The translations under genes and the position numbers were made by a program. DNA of 64,000 nt from Candidatus Binatia bacterium (GTDB lineage Bacteria; Desulfobacterota; Binatia; UBA9968): NCBI GenBank assembly GCA_050735675.1, contig JBOHVN010000244.1, positions 17,882 through 81,881 of the forward strand, given 5' to 3'. The number at the start of each line of letters is the position of its first letter. The first letter of the stretch is position 1. Below, one piece after another: positions 44,842-56,810 of the stretch. The notes below the pieces were generated by a model. The model did no database searches and was not told where the DNA came from. It saw only the letters and a program-made list of their open reading frames with translations.

Positions 44842-46617
44842 ATGAGAATTCTAGGTATTAGCGATCATATCATCAGCGGCGCGGCACTCTTAGAAGACGG
44901 CGTCGTGACTGCCGCCATCAACGAGGAACGTCTCGCGCGGAAGAAAATGGTGATGGGATTTCCCAGGAGGTCTATTCAGACGGTCCTTGAATTAGCCAAG
45001 TTACGGCCCGAGCAAGTCGATTATGTAGCGGTAGCGTCCAAGCGGGGCCATTTTTTAAACGACTATGTCGACTTCGATGCCGGCGCCTTTTCCATAAGCC
45101 GGGGTGTCGTGAAAGAAATGTTTATGTCGCTCGGCTCCAGGTTAAGCGTCTTGAGAGATGACATTCCTGTGTTGGAACGGCTCTACTACGACTTGAGAGA
45201 GCCTGTGTATGCTCATCGACGCAAAGCAGTTAGAAAAGTATTGAAGGAGGAGTTCGATATTAGGGCGCCGGTGGAGTTTATCGAGCATCACTTTGCGCAC
45301 GCGTGCTCCACCTTTTATTCGAGCGGATATCAGGATGCTCTCGTGGTTACGATGGACGCATCGGGTGACGGATCGTCCTCTCACGTATATCAAGTTAAAA
45401 ATAAAAAATGGCAGCTTTTGCACCGGGTCCCGAGTTTTGATTCCCTGGCAAGTTATTATGCCTACGTCACTCATATTTGTGGATTCAGGGCCGGTAAGCA
45501 TGAGGGGAAAATCACCGGCCTGGCCGCATACGGCAAAGACAGCTACAGAGATATTGTTGAAAAATTTATCTGCTACAGAGATGGCACGGTGATTAACCGT
45601 GGGAAACTATTTTACAAGTCGGCTCTCAAGAAAATCAGACAAGCCTTGCCGCTGGACTTCAGCAAGAAAGACCTGGCGGCTACCATCCAACTAATCGCGG
45701 AAGAAATTGCGACCCGGTATATCTTCCATTGGCTGGAAAAAACGAAAGAACACAACGTCGGACTGGCGGGCGGGCTTTTCGCCAACGTGAAAATCAATCA
45801 ACGGGTGCATGAGATTCCGGGCGTCAGGTCCGTATTCGTTCATCCCGCCATGTCAGACGAAGGACTCGCCGTTGGCGCCTCCCTGGCCCTCAACTATGTA
45901 AAGGCGCCTGACCCGACGGCTATTGGCACCAGGTGTTTCGACCATGTCTATTTAGGGCCGTCTTTTACGGAAGCGCAGGTGCAGAGACTTCTCGCCGTGG
46001 AAGGCGTTAAGTACCAGCAACACAGGTGGGTGGAGGAGGAAATAGCGCGTCTTCTCGCCGAGGGTTATGTGGTTGCCCGATTTGCCGGAAGAATGGAGTA
46101 TGGTCCGAGGGCTTTGGGCAATCGCTCGATCCTTTATCGCCCTGACGATCCTTCTGTGAATGACTGGTTGAACAGGAATTTGAAACGAACGGAGTTCATG
46201 CCGTTTGCTCCTTCCACTTTGGCCGACGATGCAGACAAAAGCTTCATAGGCCTTGAAGGCGCCCGCGAAGCGGCTCGCTACATGACCATAACTTTCAATT
46301 GTACCGAGCGCATGCGCAGGGAATGTGACGGCGTTGTTCACGTCGACAATACCGCGAGGCCGCAGATCGTCAATAAAGCAGACAACCCCGACTACTACAG
46401 GATACTCGAAAGCTTCAAGAGGCAGACCGGCATCTCGAGCATCATCAATACCAGTTTCAACATCCATGAGGAACCGATCGTCTGCACGCCCGAAGACGCG
46501 TGGCGGGCATTCAAAATAGGTCGCCTCGACTTTCTTGCGTTGGGATCGTTCATCGCGGAGCATCCCCAAGCACGCATCCGCGAAAGGACCTCAGCGCTTC
46601 ATTCGAGTCTGAGCTAA
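44842..46617 (+). CDS. Carbamoyltransferase (NodU/CmcH family)
   Basis: It has MRILGISDH...AAINEERLARKK, IEHHFAHACSTFYSSGY and MDASGDG. The C-terminal domain carries TSFNIHEEPIVCTPEDA. Confidence 0.85.
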   Translation: MRILGISDHIISGAALLEDGVVTAAINEERLARKKMVMGFPRRSIQTVLELAKLRPEQVDYVAVASKRGHFLNDYVDFDAGAFSISRGVVKEMFMSLGSRLSVLRDDIPVLERLYYDLREPVYAHRRKAVRKVLKEEFDIRAPVEFIEHHFAHACSTFYSSGYQDALVVTMDASGDGSSSHVYQVKNKKWQLLHRVPSFDSLASYYAYVTHICGFRAGKHEGKITGLAAYGKDSYRDIVEKFICYRDGTVINRGKLFYKSALKKIRQALPLDFSKKDLAATIQLIAEEIATRYIFHWLEKTKEHNVGLAGGLFANVKINQRVHEIPGVRSVFVHPAMSDEGLAVGASLALNYVKAPDPTAIGTRCFDHVYLGPSFTEAQVQRLLAVEGVKYQQHRWVEEEIARLLAEGYVVARFAGRMEYGPRALGNRSILYRPDDPSVNDWLNRNLKRTEFMPFAPSTLADDADKSFIGLEGAREAARYMTITFNCTERMRRECDGVVHVDNTARPQIVNKADNPDYYRILESFKRQTGISSIINTSFNIHEEPIVCTPEDAWRAFKIGRLDFLALGSFIAEHPQARIRERTSALHSSLS

Positions 46618-46688
46618 ACTCGCATCGGCTTACAGGACACAGGCCGCTCTAAACTTCCACCTGGTAGTAAACGTACGAAATCATTTGC

Positions 46689-46781
46689 ATGTGCGGGATT
46701 TGTGGAAAAGTTAGCTTCGCAGGTGCCAGGCGCGACGAGCTGGAGATCATGATGGATCAGCTTGTGCACCGCGGTCCGTGA
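46689..46781 (+). pseudogene. N-terminal remnant (30 codons) of an asparagine-synthase-family gene
   Basis: The frame reads MCGICGKVSFAGARRDELEIMMDQLVHRGP-TGA. This matches the AsnB N-terminus (MCGI...HRGPD) but stops exactly where the next gene begins. Confidence 0.6.
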
Positions 46782-47771
46782 TTGACACCTATGCGGGCAT
46801 ATATTTCAAGAGGCTGGTTGCGTTGGGGTATGGCTTTGGCGATCTTAGCTTGGTGTGCGCTGTTTCTAGATCTTGGCCAGACCGTTAGCATACTGGGCGG
46901 TGTTTCGACTCACTCGATTTTGTTCATTCTGGGGCTATGGACGGTCGACCGATTGTTGATGGCCTGGAAGTGGGCCGTGCTGCTCGAAGCCCAGCAGATT
47001 AAAGTCGGGTTCGGGAGCCTGGTGCGCATTTATTACCAAGCGACCCTAGCCAGCATCTTTCTCCCCAGTTCAATCGGCGGCGATTTACTGCGTGCGCATT
47101 GGGTGTCTAGAAAGACGGGCGCTACGCATCAGGTTTACGCCTCTTTGCTTATGGAGAAGACGATTGGGCTTCTTTCGGCCGGCAACTGGGCAGTCATCGG
47201 AATTGCCGTATTCTTATTTCGATTGCCAGAGGCACCGCCGACCTGGAGTGGAATCGTGTTTATCTCTGTACTCGTGGTTAACGGCCTATTCCTGATCTCA
47301 TTGCAACCTCGCGTGCATGCCTTGATCCTTAACTGGCATGAGATGATGCCCCAGTCTCGTTTGCTGAGTTTTTTTGAGCGCCTTTACAAGGCTTACTGTC
47401 ACTATCGACAGCAGCGCCGCGCGCTTTTATGGAACGGTCTGCTGACAGTGGTCGAGCAGGGCCTCCAGTTGCTAGTCATTCTGATTATGGCGAGGAGTCT
47501 CGGTTTCGAGCAAAATGCCATAGTCTTTTTAGCGGTCACTTCTGTTTACCTGCTGATTTATCGATTTCCGATCGCGCCGGACGGATGGGGAATCAACGAA
47601 GCAACGGCGATTGGTCTTTACGGCTTAATCGGAGTGTCGCCTGAAAGCGCCTTCGCGCTGGCCTTCCTTGCTCATGTCATGCAGCTGATGGTTGTGCTTC
47701 CAGGACTGTGGTTTTACTCGCGGTCAAGCCCTCCGCCCCTGTGTGAAGCTGAGCAACTAAAACCCTCTTAG
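46782..47771 (+). CDS. Flippase-like membrane protein (UPF0104 / lysyl-PG synthase TM-region family)
   Basis: About 8 TM segments with the IFLPSSIGGDLLRAHWVSR motif. The start is TTG 46782 or ATG 46791. Confidence 0.5.
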   Translation: MTPMRAYISRGWLRWGMALAILAWCALFLDLGQTVSILGGVSTHSILFILGLWTVDRLLMAWKWAVLLEAQQIKVGFGSLVRIYYQATLASIFLPSSIGGDLLRAHWVSRKTGATHQVYASLLMEKTIGLLSAGNWAVIGIAVFLFRLPEAPPTWSGIVFISVLVVNGLFLISLQPRVHALILNWHEMMPQSRLLSFFERLYKAYCHYRQQRRALLWNGLLTVVEQGLQLLVILIMARSLGFEQNAIVFLAVTSVYLLIYRFPIAPDGWGINEATAIGLYGLIGVSPESAFALAFLAHVMQLMVVLPGLWFYSRSSPPPLCEAEQLKPS

Positions 47772-47850
47772 TAGTATAGTTTGGCAGCGACAAAAATGTA
47801 GGTTCCTTACATAACCGTTTATCTGGGAAGGTAGACAAGGAAGGCTTCTC

Positions 47851-48858
47851 GTGACTTATCGCGTGGAAAACCAAGTACTGACTGGTGATGAGTATAAGGC
47901 CCGGATTGCTGGGATCCGCGAGCGGGTAGTCGGTATGTACACCCAAATACCCTGGCCCGGCACACGCCAAACGGATGAGGAGATGTCGTGGCGACTGAAG
48001 GCCCTGGGCGTAAGTCCGGAAGACTACACTGACCGCAACGTGATTGAAATCGGATGTGGTACCGGCGATTACGCCCTCTGGTATGCAGGCCATGGTGCCC
48101 GACACGTGACTGGCGTGGACCTTTCTGATGGTTCGCTTATCAAGGCGAGAGAGAAGGCGGAGCATCACTCAATCAACAATGTGAGTTTTCTCAAGCAGGA
48201 TGTCCTCAGTTTGGAATTGCCTGATAACGCGTTTGACTATTCTTTCAGTGTCGGTGTTCTTCATCATACGGGCGATCCATTCCGAGGATTCCTGGAGATG
48301 GTACGTGTCACCAAACCAGGTGGTGTCGTGATCGTGTCGCTTTACAATAACTACAGCCGCTTCCTGCTAAATCTAAGACAGAGAATCTGTCGCTGGCTAG
48401 GCGGTGACGACATCTCAGCGCGGGTGCGATGGGGGCAGTGTCTCTTCCCGTTTTCAATTCGCAAGTTAAACAAACGCTATCATGGTCTTAACTACCGAGA
48501 GATCCTCTATGATACCTACGGTTTCCCTCATGAGACGCTACACACGGCCAACGAGGTTTTGAGATGGTTTAAACAGACGGGAGTCCGCTATACCGGTAGT
48601 TTTGCGCCGCTGCGGGTCCAAGACTATCCCTACATTTTGTCATTGCCAGAGTACGACCAGTTTCGCAACACGTTTGATGGATTTCCGTTTATGAGGTTTG
48701 TCGGGGATATATTTGCTAGCGGGACGGCCAAAAAAGTGAGGCGGAGAGAGCGAGAGTTTCTCGAACCAGAGCGACTCAATGCGATTCTCTGCCAGCTCTT
48801 ATGGATGCCCTTTGGCCTGCGCATAAGCTGCTTTACCGTTGCCGGGCGAAAGCAATAA
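47851..48858 (+). CDS. Class I SAM-dependent methyltransferase
   Basis: It has VIEIGCGTGDYA (motif I), VTGVDLS and SVGVLHHTGDP. GTG start. Confidence 0.75.
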   Translation: MTYRVENQVLTGDEYKARIAGIRERVVGMYTQIPWPGTRQTDEEMSWRLKALGVSPEDYTDRNVIEIGCGTGDYALWYAGHGARHVTGVDLSDGSLIKAREKAEHHSINNVSFLKQDVLSLELPDNAFDYSFSVGVLHHTGDPFRGFLEMVRVTKPGGVVIVSLYNNYSRFLLNLRQRICRWLGGDDISARVRWGQCLFPFSIRKLNKRYHGLNYREILYDTYGFPHETLHTANEVLRWFKQTGVRYTGSFAPLRVQDYPYILSLPEYDQFRNTFDGFPFMRFVGDIFASGTAKKVRRREREFLEPERLNAILCQLLWMPFGLRISCFTVAGRKQ

Positions 48859-49736
48859 TATTCTGGATCGCATTCGAGAATAGCGGATGTGGATGGCGAC
48901 GGAATGGCGACGGAGATCCAGACTACATCGCTGCGTATTTTGATCCCGGGGAGATTTTCTGGCTCGAGCGACCCGCGAATCCCCTAAAAGGGCCGTGGCC
49001 TCATCGCTTGGTAGATGACCAGATCTACGGGGTGCATGGTCTGATGGTAGGCGACATTGACGGTGATGGAAAACCAGATCTAATAACCAATAGCTCCCTG
49101 CCAAAGGGTTCATTTCCCGAATCCCTGCTGTGGTACAAGGTTCCGCCCCGACCACGGGAAGCTGCTCAGTGGGACCGCTTCGTGTTCGCTGATCGCGATG
49201 CTTCCGGACTGAGCCACTACTTCGGGTTCGGAGATGTGAATGGAGACGGGCGAAAGGATATTGCCAGCGCTGCCAAGCAGGGTGACTGGTTTGCCTGGTG
49301 GGAGGCGCCTTCAAACCCTGCTCAGCCCTGGAAGAAACATGAGGTTGCGACCCAGCAGAAAGGCGCAAGCCATATTTTGATGGGAGACATTAACCAGGAC
49401 GGGAAGGTCGATTTTGTCGCTGCTCGTGGCCATGGTCGGGGTTTAGTCTGGCACGAGGCTCCGTCTTGGAGAGCACGCGAGATTGCTCCTGCTCTGACTA
49501 GACCACACAGTTTGGCCATTGGGGATATTGATGGCGATGGAGACTTGGATGTTGTGAGCTGCTTCAATGGTGATCGTATCATCGCCTGGTTCGAAAATGA
49601 TGGCCGCGGAAACTTTACCATTCACCCCATCTATAAAGATCAAACGGCGTACGATATCGGTTTGATTGACGTGGATCGTGCTGGCGACCTAGATGTCCTC
49701 GTCGCTAGCGACAGAAGCAAGAACGTAGTTTGGTAG
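48801..49736 (+). CDS. FG-GAP/VCBS repeat protein
   Basis: Five repeats of D-x-D/N-x-D-G-x-x-D type are present (GDIDGDGKPDL, GDVNGDGRKDI, GDINQDGKVDF, GDIDGDGDLDV, DVDRAGDLDV). There is no signal peptide, and it overlaps the upstream gene by 58 nt. The start is uncertain. Confidence 0.65.
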   Translation: MDALWPAHKLLYRCRAKAIIFWIAFENSGCGWRRNGDGDPDYIAAYFDPGEIFWLERPANPLKGPWPHRLVDDQIYGVHGLMVGDIDGDGKPDLITNSSLPKGSFPESLLWYKVPPRPREAAQWDRFVFADRDASGLSHYFGFGDVNGDGRKDIASAAKQGDWFAWWEAPSNPAQPWKKHEVATQQKGASHILMGDINQDGKVDFVAARGHGRGLVWHEAPSWRAREIAPALTRPHSLAIGDIDGDGDLDVVSCFNGDRIIAWFENDGRGNFTIHPIYKDQTAYDIGLIDVDRAGDLDVLVASDRSKNVVW

Positions 49737-49798
49737 GAGAACCGCCTGCCCGAAAGAGATCGCGATTAGGATTGTTTTGCGCGACAAGCTATAAAATC

Positions 49799-50932
49799 AT
49801 GCGCAATATGGCGCGTAAATCGCTGTGGCTCTGGATCGCTGTACTTGCAGGTCTGTTTTGGTTCATTGCTACACCTTCTCACGACCAAGCTAGTCTTCCG
49901 TATCCGCCGAGTTCCATCATTGCGAATATCACGTTCGACTGGTCGACCCACGACCGGGAAGCGCAGGGAAGCGACAACTGGCCGATTACCTGGGCCGACA
50001 ATGATCACCAATATACCTCATGGGGAGATGGGGGAGGCTTTGGCGGTACAAACAGAGACGGACGAGTTTCTCTAGGTGTTGCACGAGTCGAAGGAACGGC
50101 AGGCGGCCATCAGGGGATTAACGTTTGGGGCGGCAAAGAACCGGAGAATGAGGCAACATTTGAGGGTAAATCATACGGCATAATTTCTGTAGCGGGGATC
50201 TTATACATGTGGGTCAGCCCCGGATCGAATGCAACTAGTTATGAGTGGGCAAGAATCCACTCATCAACAAACCGCGGCGCTTCCTGGACAGCGGCCAACT
50301 GGACGTTCAAGAAGAGCGACGGGTTTATTCTCCCGACTTTCTTGCAGTTCGGTAAAGATTATCAAGGAGCTCGAGATAATTTTGTCTATATCTATGCAAA
50401 TCACTTTAAACCCAGGCTGATCGGCCTGAGCAAGGACAGGCTCCGAATCCACAAGCCGGGCGAAATCGCTTTAATGCGAGTTCCGAAAACAAGTATTTTG
50501 GACCGCCAGAGTTATGAGTTTTTCGCGGGAATCGATAACAATGGCAATCCGAGATGGACAAACGATTTAGAAGCACGGAAGGCTGTTTTTGAAGATACCA
50601 AGGGCGTAGGTTGGAATACCAGCGCCGGCTATAATCCTGGCCTACGGCGCTATCTCTTGATTACGGAGCACGTTGCATCTCTGAAGGGTAATATCGGAGT
50701 CTTTGACGCCCCGAACCCGTGGGGTCCTTGGACCACGGTGAAGTATGCAACCGCATTTGGAACGCCGCATGTGGAGTCAACCACTTTCTTTTGGAACTTC
50801 TCGAATAAGTGGCTGAGCGCAGATGGAAAACATTTCACTCTTGTATTTACAGGAACTGGCGGAGGAGAAGGCAACGACTCATGGAATACCGTAAGAGGCG
50901 CGTTTGTGATGAGAGAACAAGGGCTCAACTAG
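49799..50932 (+). CDS. Secreted protein of unknown function
   Basis: It has a signal peptide (LWLWIAVLAGLFWFIATPSHD) and a beta-rich, Trp/Gly-rich sequence (NWPITWADNDHQYTSWGDGGGFGG). I cannot name a family with confidence. Confidence 0.45.
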   Translation: MRNMARKSLWLWIAVLAGLFWFIATPSHDQASLPYPPSSIIANITFDWSTHDREAQGSDNWPITWADNDHQYTSWGDGGGFGGTNRDGRVSLGVARVEGTAGGHQGINVWGGKEPENEATFEGKSYGIISVAGILYMWVSPGSNATSYEWARIHSSTNRGASWTAANWTFKKSDGFILPTFLQFGKDYQGARDNFVYIYANHFKPRLIGLSKDRLRIHKPGEIALMRVPKTSILDRQSYEFFAGIDNNGNPRWTNDLEARKAVFEDTKGVGWNTSAGYNPGLRRYLLITEHVASLKGNIGVFDAPNPWGPWTTVKYATAFGTPHVESTTFFWNFSNKWLSADGKHFTLVFTGTGGGEGNDSWNTVRGAFVMREQGLN

Positions 50933-51010
50933 GTTCCAGATTTTCGACGAAACGATGGCTTGTTCCCGCCTCCGAAGCGGACCGCGGCACCGATGAAACC
51001 GGAGTGATTC

Positions 51011-52013
51011 ATGTGGGAAGTAAATCGGCTTATCATCATGAATGGCAGAAATTGTTCTTTCGATCTTCAGGTTCCGGAAAACTCTCTTCGCTTGTTGTAC
51101 ATCACTATAGCGATGGTAGATATAGTTCTATTGTCTAGTTACTTATTGGTGCGTACTCAGCTTTTTGGACCCCTCGCTATTGTTCAAGCACAGCTAGATT
51201 TTCGCCACGAGAACGTTGCTGCGGTGTGGTATTCCGGAATAGTCTTGTTTTTGACCGGCATGGCCGCGCTTCTCTGTTTTAATATAGATAGCCAGGCCGA
51301 GTCATCCGGTGGGCTCAGAAATCCCTATCGTTACGGTTGGCTAGCGATTGCTCTAACATTTGTGGCGTTCTCGTTCGACGAGATGGGTTCGATCCGGAGC
51401 ATCTTACACTTTGGGACTACCCGGCTGGGTTGGCGTGCTGTGGCCAGTAATGGCCCTCGTGTTTTGCTATTACATTCTATTCTTTAGCTCTTATATGTCG
51501 CGGTCTAAAAGCTCTCAAGTTCTAGCCCTAATAGGCGGCGGGCTTCTAATATCCGTTCCAGTGCAGGAGTTTTTGGAGGCGACAATGCGGTCCGTCGGTC
51601 AAAATCGCGGCACTCTTGTCGGTATGCTGGAAGAAGCTTCGGAGCTGATTGGTACTACTCTTATTCTTATATCCTTCTTGGAATTCGCCATAAAGAGCAG
51701 CCGGCGCCGATCCCCGAAAGGGTCGAGTTCGTCGCATCCGCGCAGCTTCATTCAGATTACAATCAGCGATCAATTTGTTAAGCGAACCTATTTGATAGTT
51801 GCGTTGTCGGCCATGGGATCTATAGCGATGGCGTGGTTCTTAGTTCCTCATCTAAAGGACTTGCACCACCGTGGCAATCCGAGCATATGGCACCCGAGTA
51901 TAGCTCTATTCATTGCTGGTGTTTTGGCCTTGATCAATTGGTCGTTGGAACGCAAGAATGAAAAAGGTCGACCGCATATTCCGTTGAATGGGTGTGGGTG
52001 CTTGTGGGCGTAG
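51011..52013 (+). pseudogene. Possible frameshifted polytopic membrane protein (two overlapping hydrophobic ORFs)
   Basis: ORFs 51011..51487 and 51360..52013 are both TM-rich. The reading continues smoothly across frames near 51408..51420 (..FSFDEMGSIRSILHFG | LPGWVGVLWPVMALVF..). Two separate genes are an alternative. Confidence 0.3.
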
Positions 52014-52557
52014 CATGTTTGTGGTGTTCGGTAGATTTTGAATCCGGTAGTAACGCCGCAGCGGCTGCTATTCTTAGGAGTTGGGCTTCAACCAGTATTT
52101 TGGTTGTCAGGTCCAATTAGCGATGTAATTCCTTCTATCTGTATCAGTCTTCTCTCTATGAGTGCTTTCCTCATGCTCGAAAGCCTCAGGATCAATCGCT
52201 TAAGCCGAGTATTGTTCTTGGCAGCCGTCTTATCATGGATAGGCGTGTTTGTCGTTAGCTGGTTGGAAGCCAGAGAGCGTTGAAGATCGTGACCCCTACT
52301 TTATTCTTGTTGTCTTTTGCCGAGTCAATGAAATGTTGCTGCCAGGCCGCCCGCTCTGAATTATCCTTAAAGCCGAGTTATGGCGAACCAGCTAAGCCAC
52401 GTTCTAATGACGGTCAATTGGACGGGCATTGCGGTTCTTACGCATCATCAATTGCCGTCGAGATCTCAACGTACCTCAGTTCCTATATTTCCCACCGACA
52501 AACGTATCCTGAGTGTCTGGCCTCAGGGAAGCAGATCTGATCTGAAAAGAGATTACG

Positions 52558-55340
<2,783 letters not shown>

Positions 55341-55421
55341 CGCCAGAGGCTGATTCGCAACAATTCGCGACACGCTGCACGCTATCCGGCTCCTTCGGAG
55401 CATTTTAAGGGGCACTATTCC

Positions 55422-56213
55422 ATGATGGACGAATTAACGCGATTTTTCCTGGTTTTCGTTGTCGGTTCGGTCGGTCAGTTGATGGACGGCACGCTCGGCA
55501 TGGGTTTTGGCGTCTTCTCCGCCTCTATGCTGCTCACGGCGGGGTTTGCTCCGGTAGCGGTTGTAGCGACCGTGAATACGGCAAAAATTTTAACCGGAAT
55601 CTTTTCCGGACTGGCTCACTGGAGAGCCGGGAACGTACGGGTAGGTTGGCTCCTGCCACTGATCGTGCCGGGAATCGCCGGAGGGGTGCTGGGGGCTCAC
55701 TTCTTGGTTTCGGTGCCGCAGGACAGATTCCGATTCTGGATGGCTTTGGTTCTAGTTCTCATGGGTTTGTTCATCCTGTGCCGCTGTCTTTTCCCCGGTC
55801 TATTCGTTCGCGGCTCGTCTCAAGGAGAGTCTAAGGTGCGTTGGATACGTAGCCTTAGTTTGGTGATTCTTGGACTCGCCGCCGGGGCCCTCAATGCTTC
55901 GAGCGGCGCTTACGGTCCGTTTGCGACCTCGGGCCTGATGCTGATCACACGCGCAAAGACATCTCGCGCCGTCGGGACGGTGAACTTCGCAGAGATCTTC
56001 GTCGCCGCGAGCGTGATCTCCACGTTCTTATTTAAAAAGGGTTTGCACGCTCCATCCTGGGATCTGGTGCTTGCGCTGGTGTTGGGCGGAGCGCTCACGG
56101 CGCCACTTGCAGCCTATGCGTGCCGGAAGCTGCCGACGAAGTTGCTCCAGCTCGGAGTTGGCCTCGCTTTAATCAGTCTAAATTTAAGAGCGGTTATTTC
56201 GCAGCTTGGTTGA
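55422..56213 (+). CDS. TauE/SafE (TSUP) family anion permease
   Basis: 263-aa ORF with about 8 TM segments and Gly-rich helices (GTLGMGFGVFSA, GALNASSGAYGP). It lies immediately downstream of sat-cysC. Confidence 0.7.
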   Translation: MMDELTRFFLVFVVGSVGQLMDGTLGMGFGVFSASMLLTAGFAPVAVVATVNTAKILTGIFSGLAHWRAGNVRVGWLLPLIVPGIAGGVLGAHFLVSVPQDRFRFWMALVLVLMGLFILCRCLFPGLFVRGSSQGESKVRWIRSLSLVILGLAAGALNASSGAYGPFATSGLMLITRAKTSRAVGTVNFAEIFVAASVISTFLFKKGLHAPSWDLVLALVLGGALTAPLAAYACRKLPTKLLQLGVGLALISLNLRAVISQLG

Positions 56214-56241
56214 GACCAATTCGCATTAACGAAGACCGACC

Positions 56242-56556
56242 ATGCTTAAAAACATAAAATCAGCACCGAATAAAGCTAACGCTGCCGACCCAAAGGTTCG
56301 GCTCATTCACCCATCTCCTCGAGGTCCTGCCACGGCTGTTGAGCGATCAGTCGTAGCGACGCTCAATAACGTGGATACGCTTTCGTTAAGCTCGCTTGTG
56401 GAACGTGTTGCCCGTGACCTCTATAGAGAAGAAGTGGCGATGGGTGCGGGCATTTTGGATATTGGTCTATTCGGGCCTAATCTTTTTATCCGCGATGTCG
56501 CCGCGGAGCTTAGTGCTGGAAACGGCATCCTGTGGTCTATCGAAACTTCACGGTGA
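56242..56556 (+). CDS. Hypothetical protein
   Basis: 104-aa ORF in operon context with no recognisable motif. Confidence 0.3.
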   Translation: MLKNIKSAPNKANAADPKVRLIHPSPRGPATAVERSVVATLNNVDTLSLSSLVERVARDLYREEVAMGAGILDIGLFGPNLFIRDVAAELSAGNGILWSIETSR

Positions 56557-56810
56557 TGGTTCCGGCGGATGTTTGTCTACGGCGACATTGGTGACGCTTG
56601 CGTGATGGTCTAAAGACTTTGCCTGCTGGTTTAAGGATCATCAGGAAAGGGAGATCCCGGCTGCCTGAAAAGAGCTTTTAATGAATTCTCTCTCAGGTAA
56701 CGGTTTTTGATTTGTTCCTGTAAGTTGAAACAAATAATTGGGAAATGGTTGGCTAATGTCCAACAAGTTAGGCCGTTAGGGGTCATATAACGTTTACTGG
56801 GAGGTTCGAC

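Noticed and set aside
52038-52540. Small ORFs 52038..52283 and 52280..52540 as independent genes.
   Set aside because: They have no RBS or motif support. The first is merely hydrophobic and continues the fragmented membrane region. The second has unremarkable composition and non-ATG context. I did not annotate them as genes.
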